From an uncultured Eubacteriales bacterium (GTDB taxonomy: Bacteria; Actinomycetota; Coriobacteriia; Anaerosomatales; JAHIQC01): DNA of 64,000 bases. A program made the translations under genes and the position numbers. The notes beneath the pieces are model-generated. The model saw only the letters and a list, made by a program, of their open reading frames with translations. It did no database searches and was not told where the DNA came from. The stretch lies in contig CAZMFQ010000011.1 of assembly GCA_964565645.1 (NCBI GenBank), positions 1,717-65,716 on the forward strand, in the 5' to 3' direction. Below, piece after piece: positions 9,284 through 17,863 of this stretch (the stretch's first letter is position 1; each line of letters begins with the position of its first letter).

Positions 9284-9302
9284 TGCGTGCGAGATCACAT
9301 CG

Positions 9303-9386
9303 GTCGAACAAGCGCTTCGAGCAGACGGCCAGGAGCGCTAGACTCGTGGAAGCGCTGAGCCGCTGCTCAAGCGCAACACGTTAGCC
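9303..9386 (+). repeat. attC site 15 (family A)
   Basis: GTCGAAC...GTTAGCC. Confidence 0.93.
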
Positions 9387-9407
9387 GGAGTCGAAGGGAA
9401 TCCTCCG

Positions 9408-9821
9408 ATGACTAGCAAGCATAGAGTGGCCCTCTTCGCCACAGCGCTCGTGCTTGCAGCGCTGATGCTCACAGCCTGCACCTCATCGGGCGAGCCTGAA
9501 CCCGCAAACGCACCGGAGCCCTCGGGAATCGAAGGCGTGTCCCTGATGCTGGGTGGAGGCGGAGGTTTCGCCGACACTGAGACCGCCTCGCAAGGACGAC
9601 CCTACGCAGGCGATATCGAGATTCACGAGGGCGAGGTGTCAGGTGAACTTGTGACGACGTGCACGGCTGACGAGTCCGGAGTCTTCAAGGTCGATCTTCC
9701 ATCGGGCACCTACACACTTGTTCAAGTGAGCGCTGAGGGCATCGAAATCGGTGAGCCGGTGACCGTTGCGGTCCGCGCGGGCGAGTACGCGACTGTCACA
9801 CTGACGATTTCCGCTTTGTAG
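9408..9821 (+). CDS. Lipoprotein with carboxypeptidase-regulatory-like domain (cassette)
   Basis: Lipobox LTAC; TADESGVFKVDLPSGTYTL. Confidence 0.75.
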   Translation: MTSKHRVALFATALVLAALMLTACTSSGEPEPANAPEPSGIEGVSLMLGGGGGFADTETASQGRPYAGDIEIHEGEVSGELVTTCTADESGVFKVDLPSGTYTLVQVSAEGIEIGEPVTVAVRAGEYATVTLTISAL

Positions 9822-9830
9822 TTGCGACCC

Positions 9831-9936
9831 GGCTAACACGCGCTTCCACACTGACAAGATGAGGCCCGCGAGCTACGCTCGACAAGACGAGGCAATAACG
9901 GCCTCATCTTGCAGGTGAAGCGCAAACACGTTAGAA
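9831..9936 (+). repeat. attC site 16 (106 bp, unique loop)
   Basis: GGCTAAC-acgcgcttccacactgacaagatgaggcc...ggcctcatcttgcaggtgaagcgcaaacac-GTTAGAA. Confidence 0.9.
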
Positions 9937-9947
9937 CGAGGGGGAAC

Positions 9948-10484
9948 ATGTCCAAGGCTAGCGATGCCTTTCAGAGCTCGATCGGTGATGCCAAGGCGCT
10001 ACTCACCTACTTCGACGGCCTGCAGAAGTCATCGCCGGCCGACGGCGAGGTCTTGAAACGTGCCGGTCTCATCATGGCTCTCACAGCTTGGGAGACCTAC
10101 GTCGAGGATCGTGTTCTTGAGGAAGTCACCGCCCGCCTGAAGGTCATCGAGGGCAGCTACGCCGGTAAGTTCGTTCATGCACATCTTCAGGAGGAGCTTC
10201 GTCGGCTGCATAATCCGACGTCCGATAGGGTTCGGAAGCTCTACCACGAGTTCCTTGAGCATGACGTGACCGCGACCTGGGAATGGGCGAACTACAAGTC
10301 GGCTGACGCCAAGAAGACCCTCGACAAGCTGATCTCGACGCGAGGCGACGTCGTTCATCGCTCCAATCCGCCAGTGGTTGGCTGTCCACCAGCACCTCAC
10401 CCTGTGAAGCGGGATGACCTCGAAAAGGCGGTCCGCTTCCTCGAGGGACTTGTCGAAGCGACTGAACGCGGACTCGCCAGCTAG
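9948..10484 (+). CDS. HEPN domain protein, RiboL-PSP-HEPN-like (cassette)
   Basis: RAGLIMALTAWETYVED helix and Rx4H motif RGDVVH; ATG 9948 after ggggg RBS. Confidence 0.75.
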   Translation: MSKASDAFQSSIGDAKALLTYFDGLQKSSPADGEVLKRAGLIMALTAWETYVEDRVLEEVTARLKVIEGSYAGKFVHAHLQEELRRLHNPTSDRVRKLYHEFLEHDVTATWEWANYKSADAKKTLDKLISTRGDVVHRSNPPVVGCPPAPHPVKRDDLEKAVRFLEGLVEATERGLAS

Positions 10485-10495
10485 CTGCGGCCCCG

Positions 10496-10579
10496 TTCTA
10501 ACTAGCGCTTCGAGCAGACGGCCAAGAGCGGTATTGTGATGAAAGCGCTGGGCCGCTGCTCAAGCGCAACACGTTAGAT
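10496..10579 (+). repeat. attC site 17 (family A)
   Basis: TTCTAAC...GTTAGAT. Confidence 0.93.
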
Positions 10580-11378
10580 GGAACCTGGGGGTTCGGGGTT
10601 GCAGGGAGAACCGCTAACGACAGCCGCATGGAGCAGCATGGTAGCTCCAGTCATGAAGCTCGGAGCGGACGGCGAAGTCGCCGCGTTCCTCGGCACCGGG
10701 TTCGTGGCGGCGACTACTAGGCCCGTTCTCATCACCGCTAGACATGTGATTGCAGACAATCCGCTTGGCGCCGGCGAGAAATACTACGTGTACTTCCAGA
10801 CTGACGATGGCGTCGACATTAACCGCGCCGGAACTGAGGCGACCCTGTCACAGCGATACGATGTCGCCGCACTCCCACTCGGCGACGTCCCGGGCGTGCT
10901 CCCGCTCTTCCTCGATCCAAGCGAGATTCCAATGAACGAGCAGGTGACGTGCCGCGAGTACAGCGGTAACCACTTCCGCTTGGACCGTGAGACAGGCAAG
11001 CGGATTGCGAAACTCAGGCCGCGCAATCACGTGGGCAATGTGATGTGCTGGTACACAAGCGACTTTCCTGAGGCTCGGCCGACGCCGAGTTGCGAGCTAT
11101 CGTTCCCCGCGCTACAGGGTGCGAGCGGGGCGCCGGTTGTGCGCGATCGCGGACTTCACGTTGTCGCGATGTTGGTTGCCAACATTGAGCAACAGCTCGC
11201 ACCGGCTCAGGTTCTCAGAGTCGATGGTGTAGACGGGGCCCCTACAGAGGAGGTCAGCTACTTCCTGCCTTCGGGGAAGGGACTCGTGGCAAGCGCCATA
11301 ATCGAGTTCCTCGAAGAGGAATGCGGCTTGACCTGCACCACACCTCCACCGCTCTATCTTCCAGGGGAACTCATCTGA
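10578..11378 (+). CDS. Trypsin-like serine protease (cassette)
   Basis: GTGFV, ITARHV (His), YDVA (Asp), GASGAPV (Ser); no signal peptide; true start may be a few codons downstream. Confidence 0.82.
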   Translation: MEPGGSGLQGEPLTTAAWSSMVAPVMKLGADGEVAAFLGTGFVAATTRPVLITARHVIADNPLGAGEKYYVYFQTDDGVDINRAGTEATLSQRYDVAALPLGDVPGVLPLFLDPSEIPMNEQVTCREYSGNHFRLDRETGKRIAKLRPRNHVGNVMCWYTSDFPEARPTPSCELSFPALQGASGAPVVRDRGLHVVAMLVANIEQQLAPAQVLRVDGVDGAPTEEVSYFLPSGKGLVASAIIEFLEEECGLTCTTPPPLYLPGELI

Positions 11379-11397
11379 GCGTGTGCATGCTGGGTCC

Positions 11398-11481
11398 ATC
11401 TAACAAGCGCTTCGAGCAGAGCGCCAGGAGCGGTATTGTGATGAAAGCGCTGAGCGCCTGCTCAAGCGCAACACGTTAGGC
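11398..11481 (+). repeat. attC site 18 (family A variant)
   Basis: ATCTAAC...GTTAGGC. Confidence 0.93.
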
Positions 11482-11505
11482 ACAACTACTTCAAAGGGAG
11501 TCGTT

Positions 11506-12129
11506 TTGGGGCGCTTCGGTGACGATCCTCACGCCTTCTTCGGCCAGGTGTACTCAGATGTCGCCCCATGGGAAGTTGGCGGTCCGCAGCCGGACATGGC
11601 TCGTATGCTTGAGGACCATCCACCCGCGAATCCGGTGCTCGACCTCGGCTCTGCCACCGGCGATCTGGCCATCAGTCTGGCTCTGGCGGGTCATGAAGTC
11701 GTCGGGCTCGAGTTCGTACAGGCGGCTGTTGACCAAGCGCGCGAGAAGGCAGCCGTTCTGCCGCCGGAAGTGGGCGCGCGACTGCGCTTCGAGGTCGGGG
11801 ACGCTACTCGTCCGTCCGCTCTCGGGGTGGAATTCGGCACCGTGCTCGATTCGGGGTTCATCCACCTGCTCGACCCGGAGGAGACCGACCGCTTCGTCGC
11901 AGACCTTCGCGAAGCGATTGCGCCCGGCGGTCGCTACTATCTTCACGAGTTCGCGATCGAGTTCCCGATCGACAACGTACCGCGAGCGATCACGGAGGAT
12001 GAGATCCGCGCCCGGTTCAATGAGAACACGGGATGGCGTGTCGTTGAGGTGAGGTCAGCCGTGTTTCACAATCGCGTCGCGCAGCCCACGGCTGCCATAA
12101 TCGCGTGTATCGAGAGGCTCGCGGACTGA
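11506..12129 (+). CDS. Class I SAM-dependent methyltransferase, TPMT-like (cassette)
   Basis: APWEVGGPQP; VLDLGSATG motif I; LDSGFIH. Confidence 0.87.
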   Translation: MGRFGDDPHAFFGQVYSDVAPWEVGGPQPDMARMLEDHPPANPVLDLGSATGDLAISLALAGHEVVGLEFVQAAVDQAREKAAVLPPEVGARLRFEVGDATRPSALGVEFGTVLDSGFIHLLDPEETDRFVADLREAIAPGGRYYLHEFAIEFPIDNVPRAITEDEIRARFNENTGWRVVEVRSAVFHNRVAQPTAAIIACIERLAD

Positions 12130-12137
12130 GAGCGTGT

Positions 12138-12221
12138 ACCTAACTAGCGCTTCGAGCAGACGGCCAGGAGCGGTATTGTGATGAAGGCGCTGAGCCGCTG
12201 CTCAAGCGCAACACGTTAGAA
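12138..12221 (+). repeat. attC site 19 (family A)
   Basis: ACCTAAC...GTTAGAA. Confidence 0.95.
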
Positions 12222-12238
12222 GCACACAGGGGAGGCTC

Positions 12239-12667
12239 ATGGAGATCGGGCGCGTTCGAGAATCCGACCTGGATGCCATCGCCCGGCTCCACATGCACTT
12301 CTGGGGCGAGGCTTCGGACGTACCTGCTATGGCCGAGACGCTCACGCGACTGGAGGCCGATCGCGATCATGCACTTCTGGCGGCGCGCCTCGATGGCGTG
12401 TGCGTAGGCACCGCGACGGGGGTCGTCTGCCACGGATTGTATGGGGGCTCCGACTCCTATCTTGTGATCGAGGACGTCGTAGTCGACCCCGCGTGTCGTC
12501 GGCAGGGGATAGCGACCGCGCTCCTCGGCGAGTTGGAGCGTTTCGCTCGTGAGCATGACTGCAACCAGATGATTCTACTCACTGAGTCTGTCCGCGCGGA
12601 TGCGTCCGCGCTGTATGAGTCGGCCGGCTTCGAGTCCCGTTGGACGGGGTTCAAGAAGAAGCTCTAG
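12239..12667 (+). CDS. GNAT acetyltransferase (cassette)
   Basis: IEDVVVDPACRRQGIA; ALYESAGF. Confidence 0.88.
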   Translation: MEIGRVRESDLDAIARLHMHFWGEASDVPAMAETLTRLEADRDHALLAARLDGVCVGTATGVVCHGLYGGSDSYLVIEDVVVDPACRRQGIATALLGELERFAREHDCNQMILLTESVRADASALYESAGFESRWTGFKKKL

Positions 12668-12673
12668 CGTGGC

Positions 12674-12779
12674 TTCTAACAGGCGTTTCGACCCGATGAA
12701 CCTTGGCCGTGTGAGGTATCGTGGGTCGTGACAGCGCGCGAGGCCTGCGGTTCACGGGTCAAACGCAGAAACGTTCGAC
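12674..12779 (+). repeat. attC site 20 (106 bp, family B)
   Basis: TTCTAAC-aggcgtttcgacccgatgaaccttggcc...gttcacgggtcaaacgcagaaac-GTTCGAC. Confidence 0.9.
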
Positions 12780-12794
12780 AAACGATGAAGGGCG

Positions 12795-13340
12795 GTGAGC
12801 TTCGCAGTGAGTCTACCCCCGACTCCACAGCGCACCACGCCTGGATTCTCGTTCTCAATCGTCGAGCGCTCTCTTCGCGACTGCATTGCCGATCGCAAGT
12901 TTGGCGCGCCGGAGAAGGTAGTCGCCGCGGAGTTCTTCGGCGGCGAATGCGCATTCTGCGGGGCAACGCCAATCCAGCGTTGGGACCATCTGGTGGCCGT
13001 GTCGCAGGGCGGGGACACCGTACTGGGAAACATGGTCCCCGCTTGCGCACAGTGCGACGATTCCAAGCGACATCTCCCGTTCGATGACTGGGCCCTCGGG
13101 GACTCAGCGGGGTCACCGCGCTCTCGTGGCGTGTTGGATCTCGAAGCGAGACTGGATCGGATTCGTGAGTACGTCGCCGTGTACGGCTACGCGGCGCGAC
13201 AGCCGGAGCAACGTCTCACTCCAGACGAGCTTGAGCAGTACGAGTTGATCCGGCTTGAGTTACAGCGCCTTCGCCGTGACGTCGATAAGTTCATCGCGAT
13301 GCATCGTGAGGCGTCAGCTACGGAATCCGCGTCCGGCTGA
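12795..13340 (+). CDS. HNH endonuclease (cassette, copy 2)
   Basis: Translation identical to 7536..8081. Confidence 0.88.
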   Translation: MSFAVSLPPTPQRTTPGFSFSIVERSLRDCIADRKFGAPEKVVAAEFFGGECAFCGATPIQRWDHLVAVSQGGDTVLGNMVPACAQCDDSKRHLPFDDWALGDSAGSPRSRGVLDLEARLDRIREYVAVYGYAARQPEQRLTPDELEQYELIRLELQRLRRDVDKFIAMHREASATESASG

Positions 13341-13345
13341 TCGTT

Positions 13346-13429
13346 GTCGAACTAGCGCTTCGAGCAGACGGCCAGAACCGCTAGACTCATGAAAGCGCTG
13401 AGCCGCTGCTCAAGCGCAACACGTTCGAC
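13346..13429 (+). repeat. attC site 21 (family A, identical to site 13)
   Basis: GTCGAAC...GTTCGAC. Confidence 0.95.
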
Positions 13430-13478
13430 GGAGGCTACTCGTTCAGCGGGTCCGCAGGTCATCGCAGAGGGAGGGTTG

Positions 13479-14063
13479 ATGGCCGCACAGGAGGCAAATC
13501 GGTTCTCCCTCGCAGATGAGCGTCAGACCGTGACGTTCGTGCTGCGCGGTTGGGAGTTCCCTGAGCGACCTCAAGAGGGTACCGGCGGGTTCGTCGTATT
13601 CGGAATCGAGGCCTCCGGTGAGGCGTCGTGGACGGTCGCTGAGTTCACCGGAGCGTACTCCGACGACCTTCTCCACATGTGGCGGATGCTTCGCGCGTGG
13701 GCGGAGGTACCTATCACCACTGACGGAGCAATCGGATCCATGGAGCCGGGCCTCGTTGTCGAGGCGCGCCCAGCTACCGGAGGCGCTGTGCAAGTCGACG
13801 TGCAGGTCGATGGGAATCGTGCGTCCGTGACCGTGAACTCCGACGACCTCGGCCAGATGGCCGCTTGGCTCAAGGCTGAATTCTCTCGCCTCATCCCAGA
13901 GGAGCGATTCGTCCCAGCTCCCGCGCCCTCGCGGTTCCTCGGCATCGTGGTCGCGCCAATCGTCATGTGGTCGCTCGCCGTATTCATTGCCGTCGGACGG
14001 GGTTTCATTTGGGTCTTCGGTGGCCGCCCGCGTCGAACTAGCGCTTCGAGCAGACGGCCATGA
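13479..14063 (+). CDS. Hypothetical protein with C-terminal TM helix (cassette); stop inside attC22
   Basis: RBS ggaggg before ATG 13479; TGA at 14061-14063. Confidence 0.72.
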   Translation: MAAQEANRFSLADERQTVTFVLRGWEFPERPQEGTGGFVVFGIEASGEASWTVAEFTGAYSDDLLHMWRMLRAWAEVPITTDGAIGSMEPGLVVEARPATGGAVQVDVQVDGNRASVTVNSDDLGQMAAWLKAEFSRLIPEERFVPAPAPSRFLGIVVAPIVMWSLAVFIAVGRGFIWVFGGRPRRTSASSRRP

Positions 14064-14115
14064 GCGGTATTGTGATGGAAGCGCTGGGCCGCTGCTCAAG
14101 CGCAACACGTTAGAC
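14032..14115 (+). repeat. attC site 22 (family A)
   Basis: GTCGAAC...GTTAGAC; private gga>tga change. Confidence 0.95.
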
Positions 14116-14157
14116 GCATTACCGTACGAGTCAGTGGCAGATGGTAGATTGGCACGA

Positions 14158-15318
14158 ATGAGTGAACGAGCAACATCCGTCACACCGCATCTGCTCACAT
14201 GGGCTCGTGAGCGGGCAGGTCTCTCGCTGTCCGATGTTGCAGAGTACATCTCAAAAGACCCGGCGGATGTCGCTGCCTGGGAGGCAGGCGAGGCTTGGCC
14301 AACCTTCAAACAGCTCGAAAGACTCGCAGACGGCCTCTTCCACCGTCCGGTCGCGCTCTTCTTCTTCCCTGAGCCGCCTGAAGAGCCACCAACCCAGGAG
14401 GAGTTCCGCACTCTTCCAGACTTCGATATTCAGGACCTGCAGGCTGATACGCGGTATGCGGTTCGGCTTGGGCGATCCTATCAAGAGTCACTGCGTGAGC
14501 TGACTGGAAGCGCGAACCCGTCGTCACGCAAGCTCTGGCGCGATATGAGGCTATCTGCTTCATCGGACATAGTGGCCGCAGCGATCGAGCTCCGTAAGTA
14601 CCTCGGCGTCTCGTTGGATCAACAAAGAGCATGGGGCAGCTCGGAGAACGCGATGGCCGGCTGGAGAGCCCGCATCGAAGATGCAGGTGTGTACGTCTTC
14701 AAGAGGTCATTCAAACAGCGTGAAATCTCTGGATTCTGTCTGACCGATGACGAGTTTCCGATCATCATGGTCAACAACAGCAATGCCTTCACCCGCCAGG
14801 TGTTCACGCTATTCCACGAGGTAGCACACATACTCTTCGGCGTTAACAGCATAACCACGGTGGATGGTCGTTTCGTTGACCACATGTCCGGCGCAAGCCA
14901 ATCCGTAGAGGTTGCATGCAACAGGTTCGCAGCTGAGTTCCTAGTGCCTGAAGCCGCCTTTCCGTGGAACGCCGTTAATCCGAGTGATCCACTCACCTCG
15001 ATCGCCCCAATCGCGGCACGATTCAACGTTAGCCGTGAAGTCATTCTTCGACGAATCGCTGACAAGGGGCTCGTGGATGCCGATACGTATCGCAAGTGCG
15101 TTAGCGAGTGGGCCGCCGCATCGTTGAACCGTCCGCCGGGTGGTGACGGAGGCAATTACTACAACACGCAGGCTGCCTACCTTGGGGATGCTTACCTACG
15201 GCTCGCCTTCTCGCGCTACAGGGCCGGGGTCATCAGCGTTGCAGATCTCTCGGAGCACCTCGGCGTCAAGGCGCGGAACATTGCCAAGCTTGAGGACAAG
15301 GTGGCGAGCAGAATCTGA
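14158..15318 (+). CDS. XRE-family HTH fused to ImmA/IrrE Zn-metallopeptidase
   Basis: LTWARERAGLSLSDVA...WEAG HTH; HExxH motif (FHEVAH); EVACNRFAAEFLVP. Confidence 0.9.
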   Translation: MSERATSVTPHLLTWARERAGLSLSDVAEYISKDPADVAAWEAGEAWPTFKQLERLADGLFHRPVALFFFPEPPEEPPTQEEFRTLPDFDIQDLQADTRYAVRLGRSYQESLRELTGSANPSSRKLWRDMRLSASSDIVAAAIELRKYLGVSLDQQRAWGSSENAMAGWRARIEDAGVYVFKRSFKQREISGFCLTDDEFPIIMVNNSNAFTRQVFTLFHEVAHILFGVNSITTVDGRFVDHMSGASQSVEVACNRFAAEFLVPEAAFPWNAVNPSDPLTSIAPIAARFNVSREVILRRIADKGLVDADTYRKCVSEWAAASLNRPPGGDGGNYYNTQAAYLGDAYLRLAFSRYRAGVISVADLSEHLGVKARNIAKLEDKVASRI

Positions 15319-15794
15319 TGTCCTCGATCTACGTCTTTGACACCAACTCATTCAGGGTATTTGGCAACTACTACCCAGAAGCCTTCCCGTCGTTTTGGAT
15401 GAGCATTGAAGACTTGGTGCGAGATGGAAGAGTGATTTCGTGTAGCGAGGTGGCCAAGGAGCTTGAGCTTCAAAGCCCGTCAGAGCACCTGAATCTCTGG
15501 GTTGGTGGCCACGGCGAGCTCTTCTCGGACCCCTCGTCTGCCGAGATGCAAGTGGTCGCCGATGTCTTCCGTGTACCTCATTTCCAGCAGCTGATCGGAG
15601 AGAAGCAGCGGCTGAAAGGCCTGCCGGTCGCGGATCCGTTCTTGGTTGCCCGGGGCGCCGTTTTGGGCGGCTGTGTGGTCACCGAAGAGGTGCTGAAGCC
15701 GCACGCCGCCAAGCTTCCGAATGTTTGTGAGCATTTCAGCGTAAGGTCGACGAACGTTCAGGGCTTCTTGGCTGAAGTGGGATGGAAGTTCTGA
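15318..15794 (+). CDS. PIN-like domain protein (DUF4411-like)
   Basis: YVFDTNS, ADPFLVA, VVTEE, KLPNVC; start overlaps upstream stop (TGATG). Confidence 0.85.
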   Translation: MSSIYVFDTNSFRVFGNYYPEAFPSFWMSIEDLVRDGRVISCSEVAKELELQSPSEHLNLWVGGHGELFSDPSSAEMQVVADVFRVPHFQQLIGEKQRLKGLPVADPFLVARGAVLGGCVVTEEVLKPHAAKLPNVCEHFSVRSTNVQGFLAEVGWKF

Positions 15795-15796
15795 GC

Positions 15797-15889
15797 GTCT
15801 AACAAGCGCTTCAACCTGACGCGCAGAAGCGCCTTCGCGCTTCGCGCAGTAAGCTGCAGGCGCGCAGGTTAAGCGCAAACACGTTAGAC
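15797..15889 (+). repeat. attC site 23 (93 bp, unique loop)
   Basis: GTCTAAC-aagcgcttcaacctgacgcgc...gcgcgcaggttaagcgcaaacac-GTTAGAC. Confidence 0.9.
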
Positions 15890-15911
15890 ATTGACGCAGG
15901 TAACGGGAGCC

Positions 15912-16559
15912 ATGAAGACCACCTCTCGGCCGATAGTCGCCCACACAGAATCCGGACCGAAACTGCTGTCGGTGCCCTGGCGTAACGTTCCGCTCCCAAC
16001 GGGCGGTATGCCCACTCGCCGTGACATCAGACGCGGCTCTCCTCGGCTCGTCATCGAGTTGCCACTCACCACCGGCGGACAAGTCGTCTTGGCTGGCGTG
16101 GTCTGTGCGTTCCTTGGCTTAGGGACGCTCCTCATCGTCCGACTGATCGATGGCGGAGTAAGCAGGTCGGACACACTCTTCGTCGCCGCACTCGAGCTGT
16201 TCCTGTTTGTACTGATAGTCACGGCGGGGGGTCTTTGGTCAAAGCGGGAGATCTTCGAGATTGACTCACGCTTCGTGACTGTGACGCGTGGCGACGCCCT
16301 AGTCGGATTCTCTCCGCGAGCTCAGTGCCTCGACGCGTGGCTGCTCCCTGTGCCCAAAGGTCGTGGTGCGCGCATCGCCCGCCGCCTCGTTGCAGCTCCA
16401 CGGATCGCACTCGGGGTCGATGGCGGGTCCTATATGCTGTTTGGCGCAGGGGTATCCGATCACGCGGCGTCAGAGGTGCTGTCGCTTGTTGCAGGTTTCA
16501 TGGTTGAGAATCCGCCTGAGCCCGGCTTTGATTTCGCAGTCGAGAGCGGTGCGCGATGA
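15912..16559 (+). CDS. Hypothetical membrane protein (cassette)
   Basis: 2 TM segments plus soluble C-terminal part; RBS gggag before ATG 15912. Confidence 0.7.
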   Translation: MKTTSRPIVAHTESGPKLLSVPWRNVPLPTGGMPTRRDIRRGSPRLVIELPLTTGGQVVLAGVVCAFLGLGTLLIVRLIDGGVSRSDTLFVAALELFLFVLIVTAGGLWSKREIFEIDSRFVTVTRGDALVGFSPRAQCLDAWLLPVPKGRGARIARRLVAAPRIALGVDGGSYMLFGAGVSDHAASEVLSLVAGFMVENPPEPGFDFAVESGAR

Positions 16560-16593
16560 GGGATGGTCATCCTGCGTGTCCCGACGGCGTCAT

Positions 16594-16698
16594 GTCTAAC
16601 CCCGGCTTCGACCCTGACAAACCTTGGCCGTGCAATGTAGTGTGGGTAGCGACCGCGCGAGGCCTGCGGTTTGCAGGTCAAGCCGAAACACGTTAGAT
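16594..16698 (+). repeat. attC site 24 (105 bp, family B)
   Basis: GTCTAAC...GTTAGAT. Confidence 0.9.
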
Positions 16699-17205
16699 GC
16701 ACCACTCGTCTTCAGCGGTGAGCATTCGGACCATCAGCAGGTCCTCGTCCTGCTCGCCAATGGTCGTGAAGCCGAGTCTCGTGTAAAGCCTGGACGCGGG
16801 ATTGTCACGGTCGACGCTGAGTGAGGTCTTTGCGTATCCGGCTGTCGCCAGTAGGCCGAACAGACCCCGCATCAGACGCGTCCCGATTCCTCGGCCGCGA
16901 TACTCCGGCAGAAGCGATACCGCGAGCTCCGGTGTCGCACCATCGACATAGCCGTATCCGCGCGGTTCGCCCCCGAGTACGCGGGCCCATGCGACGCCCA
17001 CCACTCGTCCGTCCGCATCCGCGACAAGCCCGTAGTCGTCGGGGCATTGGCCAAAGGCGTCGACGTATATCCTCACGCCCGGCTCGTCGACGACGCTGCG
17101 CGGTATCGGCTGAAGGGGGTCACGCTGGTGGACAGCGAGGTAGAGGAACCCCCTTAGAAGCGGGTAGTCCCTGGGCTCGATCTGCCTGATGGTCACTTCG
17201 TGCAT
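16693..17205 (-). CDS. GNAT acetyltransferase (inverted cassette gene)
   Basis: PELAVSLLPEYRGRGIG; NPASRLYTRLGF; stop is the TTA of the R' box. Confidence 0.88.
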   Translation of the reverse strand: MHEVTIRQIEPRDYPLLRGFLYLAVHQRDPLQPIPRSVVDEPGVRIYVDAFGQCPDDYGLVADADGRVVGVAWARVLGGEPRGYGYVDGATPELAVSLLPEYRGRGIGTRLMRGLFGLLATAGYAKTSLSVDRDNPASRLYTRLGFTTIGEQDEDLLMVRMLTAEDEWCI

Positions 17206-17266
17206 GGTTGTCGCCGCCTCGCTTGATACTGGCAGTCCGAATCATACGTCGAACCGGTCCATTGGC

Positions 17267-17350
17267 ATCTAACTAGCGCTTCGAGCAGACGGCCAGAACC
17301 GCTAGACTCATGAGAGCGCTGAGCCGCTGCTCAAGCGCAACACGTTCGAC
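17267..17350 (+). repeat. attC site 25 (family A)
   Basis: ATCTAAC...GTTCGAC. Confidence 0.95.
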
Positions 17351-17365
17351 AGAGACGAGACAGGC

Positions 17366-17707
17366 TTGGCCAGTTCCCGGTACGTGCCGCTCACCGATGT
17401 GTGGCCCGCACACGGACTCGTTTCGGTCGTTCTCGCATGTCTTACTGACGCAGGGTTCCATCCGCTGTCCGAATGTGACTCGCGCGGCTGGTTCTACGTT
17501 CGTGGGTGGCCACTGGGATCCCAGCGACCGACCACTCTCTGGGTCCCTGAGCAAGAACGCGATCTGGCGCTGGCCTTCCTCGACGCACCATTTGATGCTG
17601 AAGAACCCGAGGTGCTCGAATCAGCGGGCCTGTGGGCCTGGGTCGCGGCGCATCGGCGTGGAATCTTCGTAGCGTGGCTCGCAATGATCCTGCTGAACGG
17701 CATGTAG
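17366..17707 (+). CDS. DUF2007-like small protein with C-terminal TM (cassette)
   Basis: SVVLACLTDAGFHP...TLWVPEQERDLALAFL pattern. Confidence 0.65.
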   Translation: MASSRYVPLTDVWPAHGLVSVVLACLTDAGFHPLSECDSRGWFYVRGWPLGSQRPTTLWVPEQERDLALAFLDAPFDAEEPEVLESAGLWAWVAAHRRGIFVAWLAMILLNGM

Positions 17708-17740
17708 ACCACCGCCGGCGCGTCGTGCAATCGCGTCCTT

Positions 17741-17824
17741 GTCGAACTAGCGCTTCGAGCAGACGGCCAGGAGCGGTATTGTGATGAAGGCGCTGGGCCG
17801 CTGCTCAAGCGCAACACGTTCGAC
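17741..17824 (+). repeat. attC site 26 (family A)
   Basis: GTCGAAC...GTTCGAC. Confidence 0.95.
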
Positions 17825-17863
17825 AGAACGCGATGGCTCGGTCGGCGAGAAGGCAGGCATGCT

